Positions 27,614 through 36,544 are shown, numbered from the stretch's first letter. The stretch is DNA of 43,895 nucleotides from Desulfobacterales bacterium (GCA_032126435.1 JAQBBE010000147.1:1-43895), one strand, 5' to 3'. A program made the numbers and translations. Notes: generated from the sequence alone by a model not told the origin.

Positions 27614-27823
27614 ATGCAACAGCGGTTTTGTGCACATAGCAGTGTTATATGGGGCCAACCCCTATTTTTGAACATGAACTGCCAGACAAATTTCAGATCC
27701 GACGGTGACAGAATCGAAGATCGTCTCACAAGCTGTCCCTTTTATCGATTTTTTCATATTGAAGATCTCTGCAATCCCGTTGAAACGGGATCTCCGCCCC
27801 AGTTAAACAGAAAAGACCCATAG
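27614..27823 (+). CDS. Hypothetical 69-aa Cys-containing protein downstream of operator O2
   Basis: Good RBS (GGAAGGG, 6-nt spacer). The sequence has no recognisable family and its 3' end contains repeat copy B, so coding status is uncertain. Confidence 0.3.
   Translation: MQQRFCAHSSVIWGQPLFLNMNCQTNFRSDGDRIEDRLTSCPFYRFFHIEDLCNPVETGSPPQLNRKDP
27769..27793 (+). repeat. Copy B of the 25-nt direct repeat, CTGCA-N3-CCGTTGAAACGGGATCT
   Basis: 22/25 identical to 25915-25939. This copy forms a 7-bp hairpin, ATCCCGT-TGAA-ACGGGAT. Confidence 0.6.
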
Positions 27824-27825
27824 GT

Positions 27826-27949
27826 TTCACCCCGATGGAATATAAATAGAAAATGCATTCCATTGGGCAGGCGGGGTGAACTTCGCTTCAACATGGTTGG
27901 GGGGAATGCGCTTGCCCGGTTGAATCCTCGAAATTCAACCGGGCGAGCG
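27826..27949 (+). other. Two large adjacent hairpins (possible structured RNA, leader or terminator-less stem-loops)
   Basis: Hairpin 1: TTCACCCCG-ATGGAAT (27826-27841) pairs with ATTCCAT (27857-27863) and CGGGGTGAA (27872-27880). Hairpin 2: a 17-bp stem, CGCTTGCCCGGTTGAAT (27909-27925) with ATTCAACCGGGCGAGCG (27933-27949), and a 7-nt loop. No U-run follows on either strand. Confidence 0.4.
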
Positions 27950-27980
27950 GTTACAGTTCATAACTTTTAGGAGAATGGAA

Positions 27981-28142
27981 ATGACAAGACACGAAGTGTA
28001 CCCAGATTACCATGAAAGGTATGAATATCATGGAAACACCGCCATTGAAATAATCAGAAAACAGGGCCGAACGACCATTAAACAAGATTGGATATTGTTC
28101 GATTCCGTTGAGGAGGCTCAAGATTTTTTTTATGACAACTAG
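27981..28142 (+). CDS. Hypothetical 53-aa acidic/aromatic small protein
   Basis: Not in the ORF track. TAGGAG lies 7 nt upstream of ATG 27981. Sequence: MTRHEVYPDYHERYEYHGNTAIEIIRKQGRTTIKQDWILFDSVEEAQDFFYDN. The competing minus-strand ORF 27951..28187 has no RBS. Confidence 0.45.
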   Translation: MTRHEVYPDYHERYEYHGNTAIEIIRKQGRTTIKQDWILFDSVEEAQDFFYDN

Positions 28143-28257
28143 CGGGATCACAGAAGATACGATGCTGGATAAAATCATTGATGGCATATTGGATTGTATT
28201 TTTTTGGTGATGATCTTAATCCTGTCAATCCTGGGAACGTTGTGTTTCGGATTGTAA
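28132..28257 (+). CDS. Hypothetical 41-aa peptide with C-terminal transmembrane helix
   Basis: Sequence: MTTSGITEDTMLDKIIDGILDCIFLVMILILSILGTLCFGL. Its ATG overlaps the last codons of the 53-aa ORF (11-nt overlap). GAGGAGG lies 15 nt upstream. Confidence 0.35.
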   Translation: MTTSGITEDTMLDKIIDGILDCIFLVMILILSILGTLCFGL

Positions 28258-28432
28258 CCCTGGCAACCCGGCGATTATTTCATGCCGGGTAAACGCCTCG
28301 GGGTAGTATCCAAGGAATAAACATGCTATATCAAATCCATCTGCGCCTTTATAATAGTAGATGCGCTCAAGGGTAAGGCCCAGGCCGGCGAAAAAGCGCA
28401 GTTTCACAAAAAAAAATTCCCAATACCCGAAG

Positions 28433-29521
28433 ATGGAACAGATTATCCCGCTGACAAAAGATCTGATTCGATTCAAATCGATGCACTCAAAACCTATGGA
28501 AATTAGGCGATGTGTGGCGTTTATTGAAAATTTTTTGAAAACGTATGAGATTGAATACCGGTTGCTCGACCACCCGAAAGTTCCGTCGATTATAGTTGCG
28601 CCTTCAAGCGGTTTTGTTCCGGTATTGTTCATGTCTCACATCGATGTCGTCGATTCGCCGGATGAACGCTTCGTTCCTGTGGAAAAAGATCAAAGGCTTT
28701 ACGGCCGGGGAAGCCTCGATGATAAATATGCGGTGGCCCTGTCGCTGGTGCTGTTGAAAAAACACCTGAAGCGACTCCGAAAGCAGGGGAAACGCCCAGA
28801 CGATTTGCCATTCGGAATTTTGATTACCAGTGACGAGGAGATTGGCGGCTTCAACGGCGCAAAAAAGGCGCTTCAGAAGATTAAAGCAGACTTTTGCATC
28901 GTTCTGGACGGCGGCAGCGTCGAAAAAATCGTGGTTAAAGAAAAGGGGCTCCTCCGGCTGAAGCTCATCTCAAAGGGAAAGACCGACAACGACCCAAAAC
29001 CCTGGCGCGGTGAAAACGCCCTCGAAAAACTGATCGACGATTACATTAAAATTCGGACATATTTTGTGCGATCGGCCCCGGAACACTGGCACAGGGCTGT
29101 AAATATCAGCCGTATCGAGGCCGGGAAACAGTTTCACCGGGTTCCAAAATATGCCGAGGCGACGCTCGACATCCGTTACACGGAAAATGACAACATGGAA
29201 GCCTTCATCGCCAAGATTCAAAAAGAATTGCACAGCACGGTGGTGATCGAAGCCATCGCGCCGATTTTCGATGAAGGTCCCTCATCTTACCTGGATCTGC
29301 TGTTGGCGATTTCAAAAAACACCGCTGTGGGATTTGAAGACGGATCCAACGACGCTCGATTTCTTTCGGAATACGGAATCAAAGGAATCATCTGGGGTGC
29401 CGATGGAGACCAAAGCCAGCATTCCGAGACCGAGCACGTCAACGTTGAAAGCGTTTATAGCCTCTATCGTATCTTGAATGCGTTTATCGGTCAGCTGCCC
29501 ATCAGGCCGTACACCGTTTAA
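28433..29521 (+). CDS. M20 family metallopeptidase / deacylase (ArgE/DapE/CPG2-like)
   Basis: Metal-ligand motifs SHIDVV, GRGSLDDKYA and TSDEEIGG. ATG 28433 is preferred over the upstream longest start at 28361. Confidence 0.88.
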   Translation: MEQIIPLTKDLIRFKSMHSKPMEIRRCVAFIENFLKTYEIEYRLLDHPKVPSIIVAPSSGFVPVLFMSHIDVVDSPDERFVPVEKDQRLYGRGSLDDKYAVALSLVLLKKHLKRLRKQGKRPDDLPFGILITSDEEIGGFNGAKKALQKIKADFCIVLDGGSVEKIVVKEKGLLRLKLISKGKTDNDPKPWRGENALEKLIDDYIKIRTYFVRSAPEHWHRAVNISRIEAGKQFHRVPKYAEATLDIRYTENDNMEAFIAKIQKELHSTVVIEAIAPIFDEGPSSYLDLLLAISKNTAVGFEDGSNDARFLSEYGIKGIIWGADGDQSQHSETEHVNVESVYSLYRILNAFIGQLPIRPYTV

Positions 29522-29575
29522 ATTGTGGTATTCGGCCAAGGCAGGCAGGGGGGGCCGGAGACGGGTTTTTGTATA

Positions 29576-29971
29576 TCATTCCCACCGGTTGCCGCCGATA
29601 TTTTTCAAATCGATATACTGTACCGTCCCCCGCTCATTGACAAAAGAGGTGAGAATCGAACTGACCAGACTGATCAACAGCGACCCAAACACCGCCGACC
29701 AGAATCCGGAGACTTCAAATCCGGATATCACGCCCGATACCATCATAAGCATAATTGCGTTGATCACAAAGGTGAAAATACCCAGGGTCAATATATTTAT
29801 GGGAAGGGTCAATATTAATAGTATCGGCCGGAAAAAAGCATTCAGTATGCCTAAAATAGCCGCAGCAAAGAGTGCGGAGGAAAAACCACTGATGCGTATC
29901 CCGTCAAGCAGATATGACGTTACAACGATGGCAGCCGTTAAAATTAACCACCTCAGGAAAATTCCTTTCAT
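29576..29971 (-). CDS. Phage holin family 4 / DUF360 (YvlD-like) membrane protein
   Basis: 131 aa with four hydrophobic helices and the LGILNAFFRPILLILTLPINILTLGIF signature of the family. Confidence 0.82.
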   Translation of the reverse strand: MKGIFLRWLILTAAIVVTSYLLDGIRISGFSSALFAAAILGILNAFFRPILLILTLPINILTLGIFTFVINAIMLMMVSGVISGFEVSGFWSAVFGSLLISLVSSILTSFVNERGTVQYIDLKNIGGNRWE

Positions 29972-30020
29972 AAATTTTCTCCACGAACACCGTATAAAAT
30001 TTTCGGTAAAAATTGTCGTT

Positions 30021-31295
30021 TTAAAGCGGATCTTCAGAGGTCTCCAGGCTCAACAGTTTGGGGCCCTGTTTGAAGACGAATCGGTCCTCCACCGTCTCCC
30101 AGATCCATCCCGAGAAACCGTAACCCCCCACCGGCTTGTTGACAAATGCGCCGACCCATGATTCGGATCGGCCCTGATTAACCCCCACCGTTCCGAAGCG
30201 CCCGAAGGTCATTTCACGGACCCGATGACAATAGGGTTCGCCGACGAGCTTCTCTTCGAGTCTGCGTGCCTCATCTTCGCTGCCGTAAATTGCGGCTCTC
30301 AGGCCATAGCGATTGTCCCGGGCCAGACGGACGGCCGCTTCAAACGTCGGAAACGCGCTGACGAAAACAACTGGACCGAAGATCTCATTCTTCATGCCCA
30401 GCATCTCCTGACGGGCCTCCACCACCACCGTGGGATAAACCAGGTTGCCTTCGATGTTGCCGCCCAAAACGATTCGAGCGCCCCTATCCACAGCGTCTTT
30501 GAGCTGGGCCTTGATGGCCGAAACCGCTCTGGGGCTCGCCACCGGCCCCATTTCAGTAGCAGGATCTTCGGGATCGCCAATTTTCACCGCCCGGCTGAAA
30601 TCGAGAAACAGCTCAAGAAAATCGTCGTGGATGGACTCGTGCAAGTAGACCCGCTCCGGTGCCGTGCAGGTTTGACCGGCATAAATGTATTTGGAAAAGG
30701 CCAGTTCCCGGGCCGCTTCCTCTAGGTCGGCACCGGGAAGAACAATAAATGGGTCTTTGCCCGGTCCTTCGAAAACAAATTTTTTTCCAAGGCCCTTAAT
30801 GGCGTCCAGATAGTGTATGGCATATTCGTCGGTGCCGAACAGACAGATTGCGGGTATTTGCGGATCGGCAATGGCATTCTCGAGAAATTTCCTGCCGTCA
30901 GCGTATTCAAAACGGATGGCGTCGCCGAAGATAGGCTTGTAAAGAGATTCGGTAAGTCGGGAAATTTCAGAGCCTCGGGTAGCGAATTTCACGCGGACCC
31001 GGTTTCCCACCATGAAAATGGACACGACGGCCGTGTTCAGCCAGGCGCTGCCGTTGTATGGCAGTGCCAGGGCAACTTCCTGATCCGGACCGCATATGGG
31101 CAGGCGGTCCGCAAACACGGACGCCATTTGCTCAAAACCCTGTAAGTTGGTAAGGACAAGGTCCGTTTCGATCCTGCATTCTCTGCGTGTAAAGCCGGTG
31201 TCCCGCACTGCGGTGGCGATCATTTGATCCCGGTGTGTTGTGATGGCTTTAACTAATCGATGAACCTGATCAAGCTTTTCTTCGACTCCTTGCAT
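30021..31295 (-). CDS. Aldehyde dehydrogenase family protein (short form)
   Basis: Catalytic Cys context GQTCTAPERVY, general-base region FEGPGKDP and NAD-binding fold. 424 aa is shorter than classical ALDHs. Confidence 0.85.
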   Translation of the reverse strand: MQGVEEKLDQVHRLVKAITTHRDQMIATAVRDTGFTRRECRIETDLVLTNLQGFEQMASVFADRLPICGPDQEVALALPYNGSAWLNTAVVSIFMVGNRVRVKFATRGSEISRLTESLYKPIFGDAIRFEYADGRKFLENAIADPQIPAICLFGTDEYAIHYLDAIKGLGKKFVFEGPGKDPFIVLPGADLEEAARELAFSKYIYAGQTCTAPERVYLHESIHDDFLELFLDFSRAVKIGDPEDPATEMGPVASPRAVSAIKAQLKDAVDRGARIVLGGNIEGNLVYPTVVVEARQEMLGMKNEIFGPVVFVSAFPTFEAAVRLARDNRYGLRAAIYGSEDEARRLEEKLVGEPYCHRVREMTFGRFGTVGVNQGRSESWVGAFVNKPVGGYGFSGWIWETVEDRFVFKQGPKLLSLETSEDPL

Positions 31296-31338
31296 TTTTC
31301 CCCCATCAGGATATGAAACGTCCGCACAGGGTTATACA

Positions 31339-32946
31339 TCATTTCTGAAAAAGCAAGTCCTTTTCGTTGATCTCCCGGGTCTTGTAGAATGCTATCCCGG
31401 GCCACTCTTTTATGCAATAGTCGAGCTGCCATTCACTTGTGGTCAGATAGGCACTTGCCCCTTCGGCATCCACTGCAATGTTGGACCTGTTTTTCTTCTC
31501 AAAATCCGCCATCTTTTTAGGATCGTCGGATTCCACCCACCGTGCAACATGATAATCGACCGGCTCGTAAACCGCATCAACACCATATTCAGATGTGAGA
31601 CGTGCCATGGTAATGTCAAACTGCAGCAGTCCAACGGCGCCGAGGATATAGTAGTTTCCGGCAACCGGTCTGAAAACCTGAACCACCCCCTCTTCTGCGA
31701 GATGGGCCAGCCCTTTTTGAAGATGTTTTGCTTTCATGGGGTTCTTGAGAATGACCTTACGGAAAAATTCAGGGGCAAAATTGGGAATTCCGCAGAATTT
31801 TAAGGGCTCTTTTTCGGAAAACGTGTCACCGATCTTTATGGTGCCATGGTTATGAATGCCGATGATGTCGCCGGGATAGGCTTCCGCCACGTTTTCACAC
31901 GCATTGGCCATGAAAATGGTGGCATTTGAAAATGTAACTTCTTTTCCGATTCTGTGGTGAACCGCCTTCATGCCTCGGGTGAATTTCCCGGAACAAACCC
32001 GTATAAATGCGATTCTGTCCCTGTGTGCCGGATTCATATTCGCCTGGATTTTAAATGCAAATCCGGAAAAAGATTCCTCGTAGGGAGAGACGTCCCGTGT
32101 CACAGAAGCCCTGGAACCGGGAGCCGGAGCCATCTCAACAAAAGCGTCCAGCATCTCCTTGACACCGAAATTGTTGATGGCACTTCCGAAAAAAACAGGG
32201 GTCTGGTTGCCTTTCAGGTAATGGTCGAGGTTAAAAGGATCTGCAACGCCTTCGATCAATTCAACATCCTCTCTTAACTCGTCTGCCTGACTTCCAAGAA
32301 TCTCATCGAGCGTTGAGACCGAAAGATCGTTGATCAAAATGCCTTCCCTGCGCCGTGTCTCCCCACCCGGCGCAAAAAGATGAAGCTCTTTTTTATAGAA
32401 GTTGTAGACCCCCTTGAATCTTTTTCCCATGCCCACGGGCCAGGAAAGCGGTGTGCACTCGATCTGCAGCTTGCTTTCGATATCATCAAGGATGTCAAGA
32501 GGTGCCATCCCCTCTCGGTCGAGCTTGTTGATAAAGGTCATTATGGGCGTGTTGCGCATGCGGCAGACTTCCATCAGCTTCTCGGTCTGGGGCTCGACCC
32601 CCTTGGCATTGTCGATAACCATAAGGGCGCTGTCAACCGCCGTAAGAACCCTGTAGGTATCCTCGGAAAAGTCTTGATGCCCGGGAGTATCCAGAAGATT
32701 TATCTCAAAGTCCCGATAATTGAACTTCATCACCGATGTGGTGACGGATATGCCCCTTTCCTTTTCTACGGCCATCCAGTCGCTGGTGGCATATCTTTCC
32801 GCCTTGCGGGCCTTGACGGCCCCTGCCTGCTGAATGGCCCCGCCGTAAAGCAGAAGCTTTTCCGTCAACGTGGTCTTCCCTGCGTCCGGATGGCTGATGA
32901 TGCCAAACGTCCGGCGCCGGTCGACCTCTTTTTTGTTATTACGCAT
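31339..32946 (-). CDS. prfC: Peptide chain release factor 3
   Basis: G1 [15 protein letters not shown]3 DTPGHQDF, G4 NKLD, RF3 length and C-terminal domains. Confidence 0.95.
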   Translation of the reverse strand: MRNNKKEVDRRRTFGIISHPDAGKTTLTEKLLLYGGAIQQAGAVKARKAERYATSDWMAVEKERGISVTTSVMKFNYRDFEINLLDTPGHQDFSEDTYRVLTAVDSALMVIDNAKGVEPQTEKLMEVCRMRNTPIMTFINKLDREGMAPLDILDDIESKLQIECTPLSWPVGMGKRFKGVYNFYKKELHLFAPGGETRRREGILINDLSVSTLDEILGSQADELREDVELIEGVADPFNLDHYLKGNQTPVFFGSAINNFGVKEMLDAFVEMAPAPGSRASVTRDVSPYEESFSGFAFKIQANMNPAHRDRIAFIRVCSGKFTRGMKAVHHRIGKEVTFSNATIFMANACENVAEAYPGDIIGIHNHGTIKIGDTFSEKEPLKFCGIPNFAPEFFRKVILKNPMKAKHLQKGLAHLAEEGVVQVFRPVAGNYYILGAVGLLQFDITMARLTSEYGVDAVYEPVDYHVARWVESDDPKKMADFEKKNRSNIAVDAEGASAYLTTSEWQLDYCIKEWPGIAFYKTREINEKDLLFQK

Positions 32947-33021
32947 GATATATTTCTCGGATCTTTACAACCCATCGGGGCCAAGCTTTTACGAATGGGG
33001 TTAAAAGCCAACGGTCGAAAA

Positions 33022-34881
33022 TTAATGAACTCCTTCGTTAGTTCTATTCTTTGGCGACCGCATCTGATGCCGCTTCGGTTTGGAAAGGACCCGCTTGTGC
33101 AGCCGGATGGATCTTGGTGTAACCTCCACCATCTCATCATCTGCTATAAAGTTTATGGCCCGCTCGAGGGTCATGGGCTTCACCGGCGAGCATGCCGTGC
33201 TTTCATCTTTTCCGGAAGCCCGCATGTTTGTGAGCTTCTTCTCCTTGCTCGGATTGGCATTGATGTCACCCTCTTTATTGTACTCCCCAATGATCATTCC
33301 CTCATAAACAGGTTCTCCGGGGGCAATGAAAAGACGGCCTCTGGGTTCAAGGTGAAAGAGTGCGTATGCAACAGCGCTCCCCTGCCTGTCTGAAACAATT
33401 GAGCCGGTAAACCGGGTGGGGAAATCACCGCGAAACGTTTCATACCCTGCAAAAAGGGTGTTCATGATTCCGGTTCCCTTTGTGTCCGTAAGGAATTCAT
33501 CTCTATAACCGATCAAAGACCGCGAGGGAATGGAAAATTCAGCCCGTATCCTTCCGTTTCTGTCATTGACAAGGTTTGTCAGCCGCCCCTTTCTCAAGGA
33601 GAGCTTTTCGGTCACAATCCCCAAAAAATCTTCATCACAATCCACAAACAGCTTCTCAATGGGCTCAAGGGTTTTCTCGTTTTCATGTTTCAAAATCACC
33701 TTGGGACGGCCGACAGAAAGCTCAAATCCTTCCCTTCGCATGGTTTCGATAAGGATGACCATCTGGAATTCTCCTCGTCCCTTCACAATAAAGCGGTCCC
33801 GGTCCTGGGTCTGTTCAAACCTCACGGCAACGTTTTGGAGCGTCTCCTTGATCAGCCGCTCACGGATCTTGCCGGACTGTACGATCCTGCCCTCCTTGCC
33901 GCGCAACGGCGACGTGTTTATCGTGAATTCCATGGAGATGGTCGGCTCGTCTACGGTGATTCTCTTTAAGGATTTCGGATACTCCTTTGTGCAGATCGTG
34001 TCACCGATCATGACATCTTCGATCCCGGAAAGAACAACAATTTCGCCGGTTTCTGCAATATCGGTCGTTTTGAGCGTCATACCGTCATATACCTGAAGCT
34101 TGGAGATCTTGAGGGGGAGGCGCTCCGCTTTATCATTGATGCAGGCCAAGGTATCATTGAATTGGGCATTCCCGTTAACAACTCTGCCGATGGCGAGCCT
34201 TCCGAGATAATCTGAATACCCGAGATCCGACACCAGCATCTGAAACGGTTCTTCGGGATCGTATTCAGGGGGCGGTATTTCATTGATGATGGTTTCAAAG
34301 AGAAGATGAAGATCATCGCTTTTTTCGGCCAGGGTCTTTTGTGCGACGCCTTCGCGTCCGATGGCATACAGATACGGAAAATCGAGCTGTTTACCGTCGG
34401 CATCAAGGTCTATGAAAAGGTCATATATCTCATCGAGCACCACATCGGGCCGGGCATCCTTTCTGTCGATCTTGTTGATCACTACAATAACCTTGAGGCC
34501 TATCTCCAAGGTTTTTTTCAACACGAAACGGGTCTGCGGCAGCGGCCCTTCAGAAGCATCAACCAGAAGAATCGCACCGTCAGCCATGGAAAGTGCGCGC
34601 TCGACCTCACCGCCGAAATCGGCATGGCCGGGGGTATCGATGATGTTTATTTTTACGCCCTTCCATCGCACCGAACAGTTTTTTGCAGCAATGGTGATCC
34701 CTCTCTCCCGCTCCAGATCCATGCTGTCCATCATTCTCTCGTCGACTTCAAGGCCCGGCCTGAAGAGCCCGCTCTGCTTTAACATGGCATCAACAAGGGT
34801 GGTCTTGCCGTGGTCGACATGTGCGATGATCGCGATATTCCTTATGTTTTCATTTCTTGCAACGTTTTTCACTGAATTCAC
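33022..34881 (-). CDS. typA: Translational GTPase TypA/BipA
   Basis: G1 AHVDHGKTT, G3 DTPGHADF, G4 NKID, BipA-specific C-terminal domain. GTG 34881 or GTG 34872 could be the start. Confidence 0.95.
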   Translation of the reverse strand: MNSVKNVARNENIRNIAIIAHVDHGKTTLVDAMLKQSGLFRPGLEVDERMMDSMDLERERGITIAAKNCSVRWKGVKINIIDTPGHADFGGEVERALSMADGAILLVDASEGPLPQTRFVLKKTLEIGLKVIVVINKIDRKDARPDVVLDEIYDLFIDLDADGKQLDFPYLYAIGREGVAQKTLAEKSDDLHLLFETIINEIPPPEYDPEEPFQMLVSDLGYSDYLGRLAIGRVVNGNAQFNDTLACINDKAERLPLKISKLQVYDGMTLKTTDIAETGEIVVLSGIEDVMIGDTICTKEYPKSLKRITVDEPTISMEFTINTSPLRGKEGRIVQSGKIRERLIKETLQNVAVRFEQTQDRDRFIVKGRGEFQMVILIETMRREGFELSVGRPKVILKHENEKTLEPIEKLFVDCDEDFLGIVTEKLSLRKGRLTNLVNDRNGRIRAEFSIPSRSLIGYRDEFLTDTKGTGIMNTLFAGYETFRGDFPTRFTGSIVSDRQGSAVAYALFHLEPRGRLFIAPGEPVYEGMIIGEYNKEGDINANPSKEKKLTNMRASGKDESTACSPVKPMTLERAINFIADDEMVEVTPRSIRLHKRVLSKPKRHQMRSPKNRTNEGVH

Positions 34882-34901
34882 TTCCCGATAAATTTAGTCA
34901 T

Positions 34902-34928
34902 AAAAAAAACCGGGTCCCTTGGGCCCGG
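34902..34928 (-). terminator. Intrinsic-terminator-like hairpin plus U8 on the minus strand, 20 nt upstream of the typA start
   Basis: The minus strand reads CCGGGCCCAAGGGACCCGG followed by TTTTTTTT. The stem is CCGGGCC/GG(A)CCCGG with a 4-nt loop. Confidence 0.55.
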
Positions 34929-35457
34929 ATCTTTGTTGTATAATGGATAACTAATAAAGATAAGCATCCAAACTTTTATTACAACTATTTATTCACGAAT
35001 TATTAACTAGTGCCCATCCATAAATACATTTGAGCACTGAGTAGTTTCCAATTCATAAATGAGATATTTTAAGCTGTTCGATCTGCCGTACGGAATATGG
35101 CACTCGCTGCACGGATATCTCATCGAATCCTCGGCGGGTTGAAATTTTTGGAAAAAAATGTTAAAAATTGCTTAAAAATCTTTCCTTTGCCCCATACCCT
35201 AGGATGCGAAGCCTTGTCGGTAACGTACGCGGAAGAAAATTTTTGCCGCTATTTTCCCAGATGCGTTTTTAATCCAACGCCGGGAGAAGAAGGGATGGTG
35301 GATGGTCTAAAGGGCGCACAAAAACTGATCAACATCATCATCGATTTCTTTGCGAATTACAGCTTCCAGGTCAGCCTGACGGTGTACCAACGTTTGAAAG
35401 CAAGGGATATAGAGATTCCGTTTTCGCAAAGAGACGTTCATATTGTTTCGCGATCCT

Positions 35458-35495
35458 GAAAATGAACACCACAGCCGGCGAAACCCGGGTGTTCA
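35458..35495 (-). terminator. Terminator candidate for azlCD
   Basis: The minus strand reads TGAACACC..(inner CCGG/CCGG)..GGTGTTCA followed by TTTTC. The stem overlaps the azlD stop codon. Confidence 0.5.
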
Positions 35496-35828
35496 CATGA
35501 CCTTTTGGACCGCCCAAAACAGCACCATCCCGACGACAACGGTACCTCCCAGGGATTTCGTTTTCAGCGCAAAAACAAAGGTCGGCAAGGCCACCCAAAG
35601 CTCCGGCCGCCACAGGATCAAGTGGCGGGGTGTGCCCACGGTGACCAGCTCCGGCACTAAAAGGGCGCTGAGAATCGCCGCAGGAATCAGGTCGAGCCAA
35701 TCGATCAACCATTGGGGGAGATTCCGCCGGGCCAGGAAAAACAGGGGAAACCACCGGGGCAGATAGGTCACCAGGCCCATGCCGAGAACGATCCATAAAT
35801 ATCCTGTATGAATTGTCATTGAATCCAT
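35493..35828 (-). CDS. azlD: Branched-chain amino acid transport protein AzlD
   Basis: 111-aa hydrophobic protein (YLPRWFPLFF..). The 13-nt overlap with upstream azlC is the typical pair arrangement. Confidence 0.85.
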   Translation of the reverse strand: MDSMTIHTGYLWIVLGMGLVTYLPRWFPLFFLARRNLPQWLIDWLDLIPAAILSALLVPELVTVGTPRHLILWRPELWVALPTFVFALKTKSLGGTVVVGMVLFWAVQKVM

Positions 35829-36544
35829 TTTCTTATACCCAGAACCGTCGTTGCCGCAAATATGGACGCCAGGACAATGTATGAGCTGCCGGGAATTACC
35901 AGTGACAGAATTGCCGCCGCCAGACCGGAGATGATCGCCGTGATCACATATATGCGCCCTCTGAGCTGAAATATCAACAGGCAGATAAACATCGCCGTCA
36001 GCGCATAATCGATACCGAAGGCACCTTCGGGAAAAAATCTGCCGCTGTATCCGCCGATGAGGGTGCTGGCAACCCAGGCAACGTTTGCCGTGTGGTTGAC
36101 CACCAGCGCCTGATCCAGCCCCCAGGTCTTCTGGCTGAACCGGGCATGGTTTACGGCAAAACTTTCATCGGTAACCCCGTAGGCAAAAAGGGCTAGTTTC
36201 TTTCGGGTTGTATCGCCCAAAAATACCGCCAGAGACGAACTCATCAAAAAATGCCTCAGATTAACCGCAAACGTCGTAACAATAATCGCGGCCGCCCCGG
36301 CCCCTGCGGACAACATGGATACGGCAATAAACTGAGCGCTACCGGCAAAGACCAGAATAGACATGAGCATGATTTCAACCGGATCAAGACCGGCCTTCTG
36401 GGCCAGTACGCCAAAAGCAAGTCCGATGGGAATATACCCGAGGCAAATGGGCCAGGCCGCCGCCAGACCCTGTAGAATTGAAACCTTGACATTCTGGCTG
36501 TTTTTTGGTGAATCAGACATCATCTTGTTACATTTCATAACCAC
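35816..36544 (-). CDS. azlC: AzlC family branched-chain amino acid permease component
   Basis: 242-aa polytopic protein (PIGLAFGVLA..GSAQF..) immediately upstream of azlD. Confidence 0.87.
   Translation of the reverse strand: MVMKCNKMMSDSPKNSQNVKVSILQGLAAAWPICLGYIPIGLAFGVLAQKAGLDPVEIMLMSILVFAGSAQFIAVSMLSAGAGAAAIIVTTFAVNLRHFLMSSSLAVFLGDTTRKKLALFAYGVTDESFAVNHARFSQKTWGLDQALVVNHTANVAWVASTLIGGYSGRFFPEGAFGIDYALTAMFICLLIFQLRGRIYVITAIISGLAAAILSLVIPGSSYIVLASIFAATTVLGIRKWIQ

Noticed and set aside
25915-27793. CRISPR interpretation of the GTTGAAAC-containing repeat.
   Set aside because: There are only two copies 1.85 kb apart, separated by genes. There is no regular repeat-spacer periodicity and there are no cas genes.
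27951-28187. 78-aa hydrophobic minus-strand ORF.
   Set aside because: No Shine-Dalgarno upstream. The plus strand carries two ORFs with RBSs and a coupled arrangement. It is kept as the stated alternative in the small-ORF finding.
28225-28632. 135-aa minus-strand ORF overlapping the 5' end of the M20 peptidase gene.
   Set aside because: Its N-terminal half is antisense to conserved M20 sequence. The remaining 3' part (28225-28407, possible GTG start) has no motif or RBS that I can support.
35098-35111. Sigma54-like TGGCAC-N4-TGCA upstream of the weak ORF 35097..35459. A similar partial match is at about 25957.
   Set aside because: The GG to GC spacing is 10 nt instead of the required 12 nt, and the -12 element lacks TTGC.
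35200-35240. c-di-GMP-I (GEMM) riboswitch-like string GGATGCGAAGCCTTGTCGG.
   Set aside because: The resemblance is limited to one segment (GGACGCAAAGCC). The required P1/P2 pairings and GNRA tetraloop/receptor could not be built.
35097-35459. 120-aa plus-strand ORF in the typA/azlD gap.
   Set aside because: The N-terminal two-thirds cross AT-rich, promoter-like sequence with no protein-like pattern. Only the last 54 codons have any RBS support, and a 44-aa antisense ORF competes with them. It is mentioned only under the gap finding.
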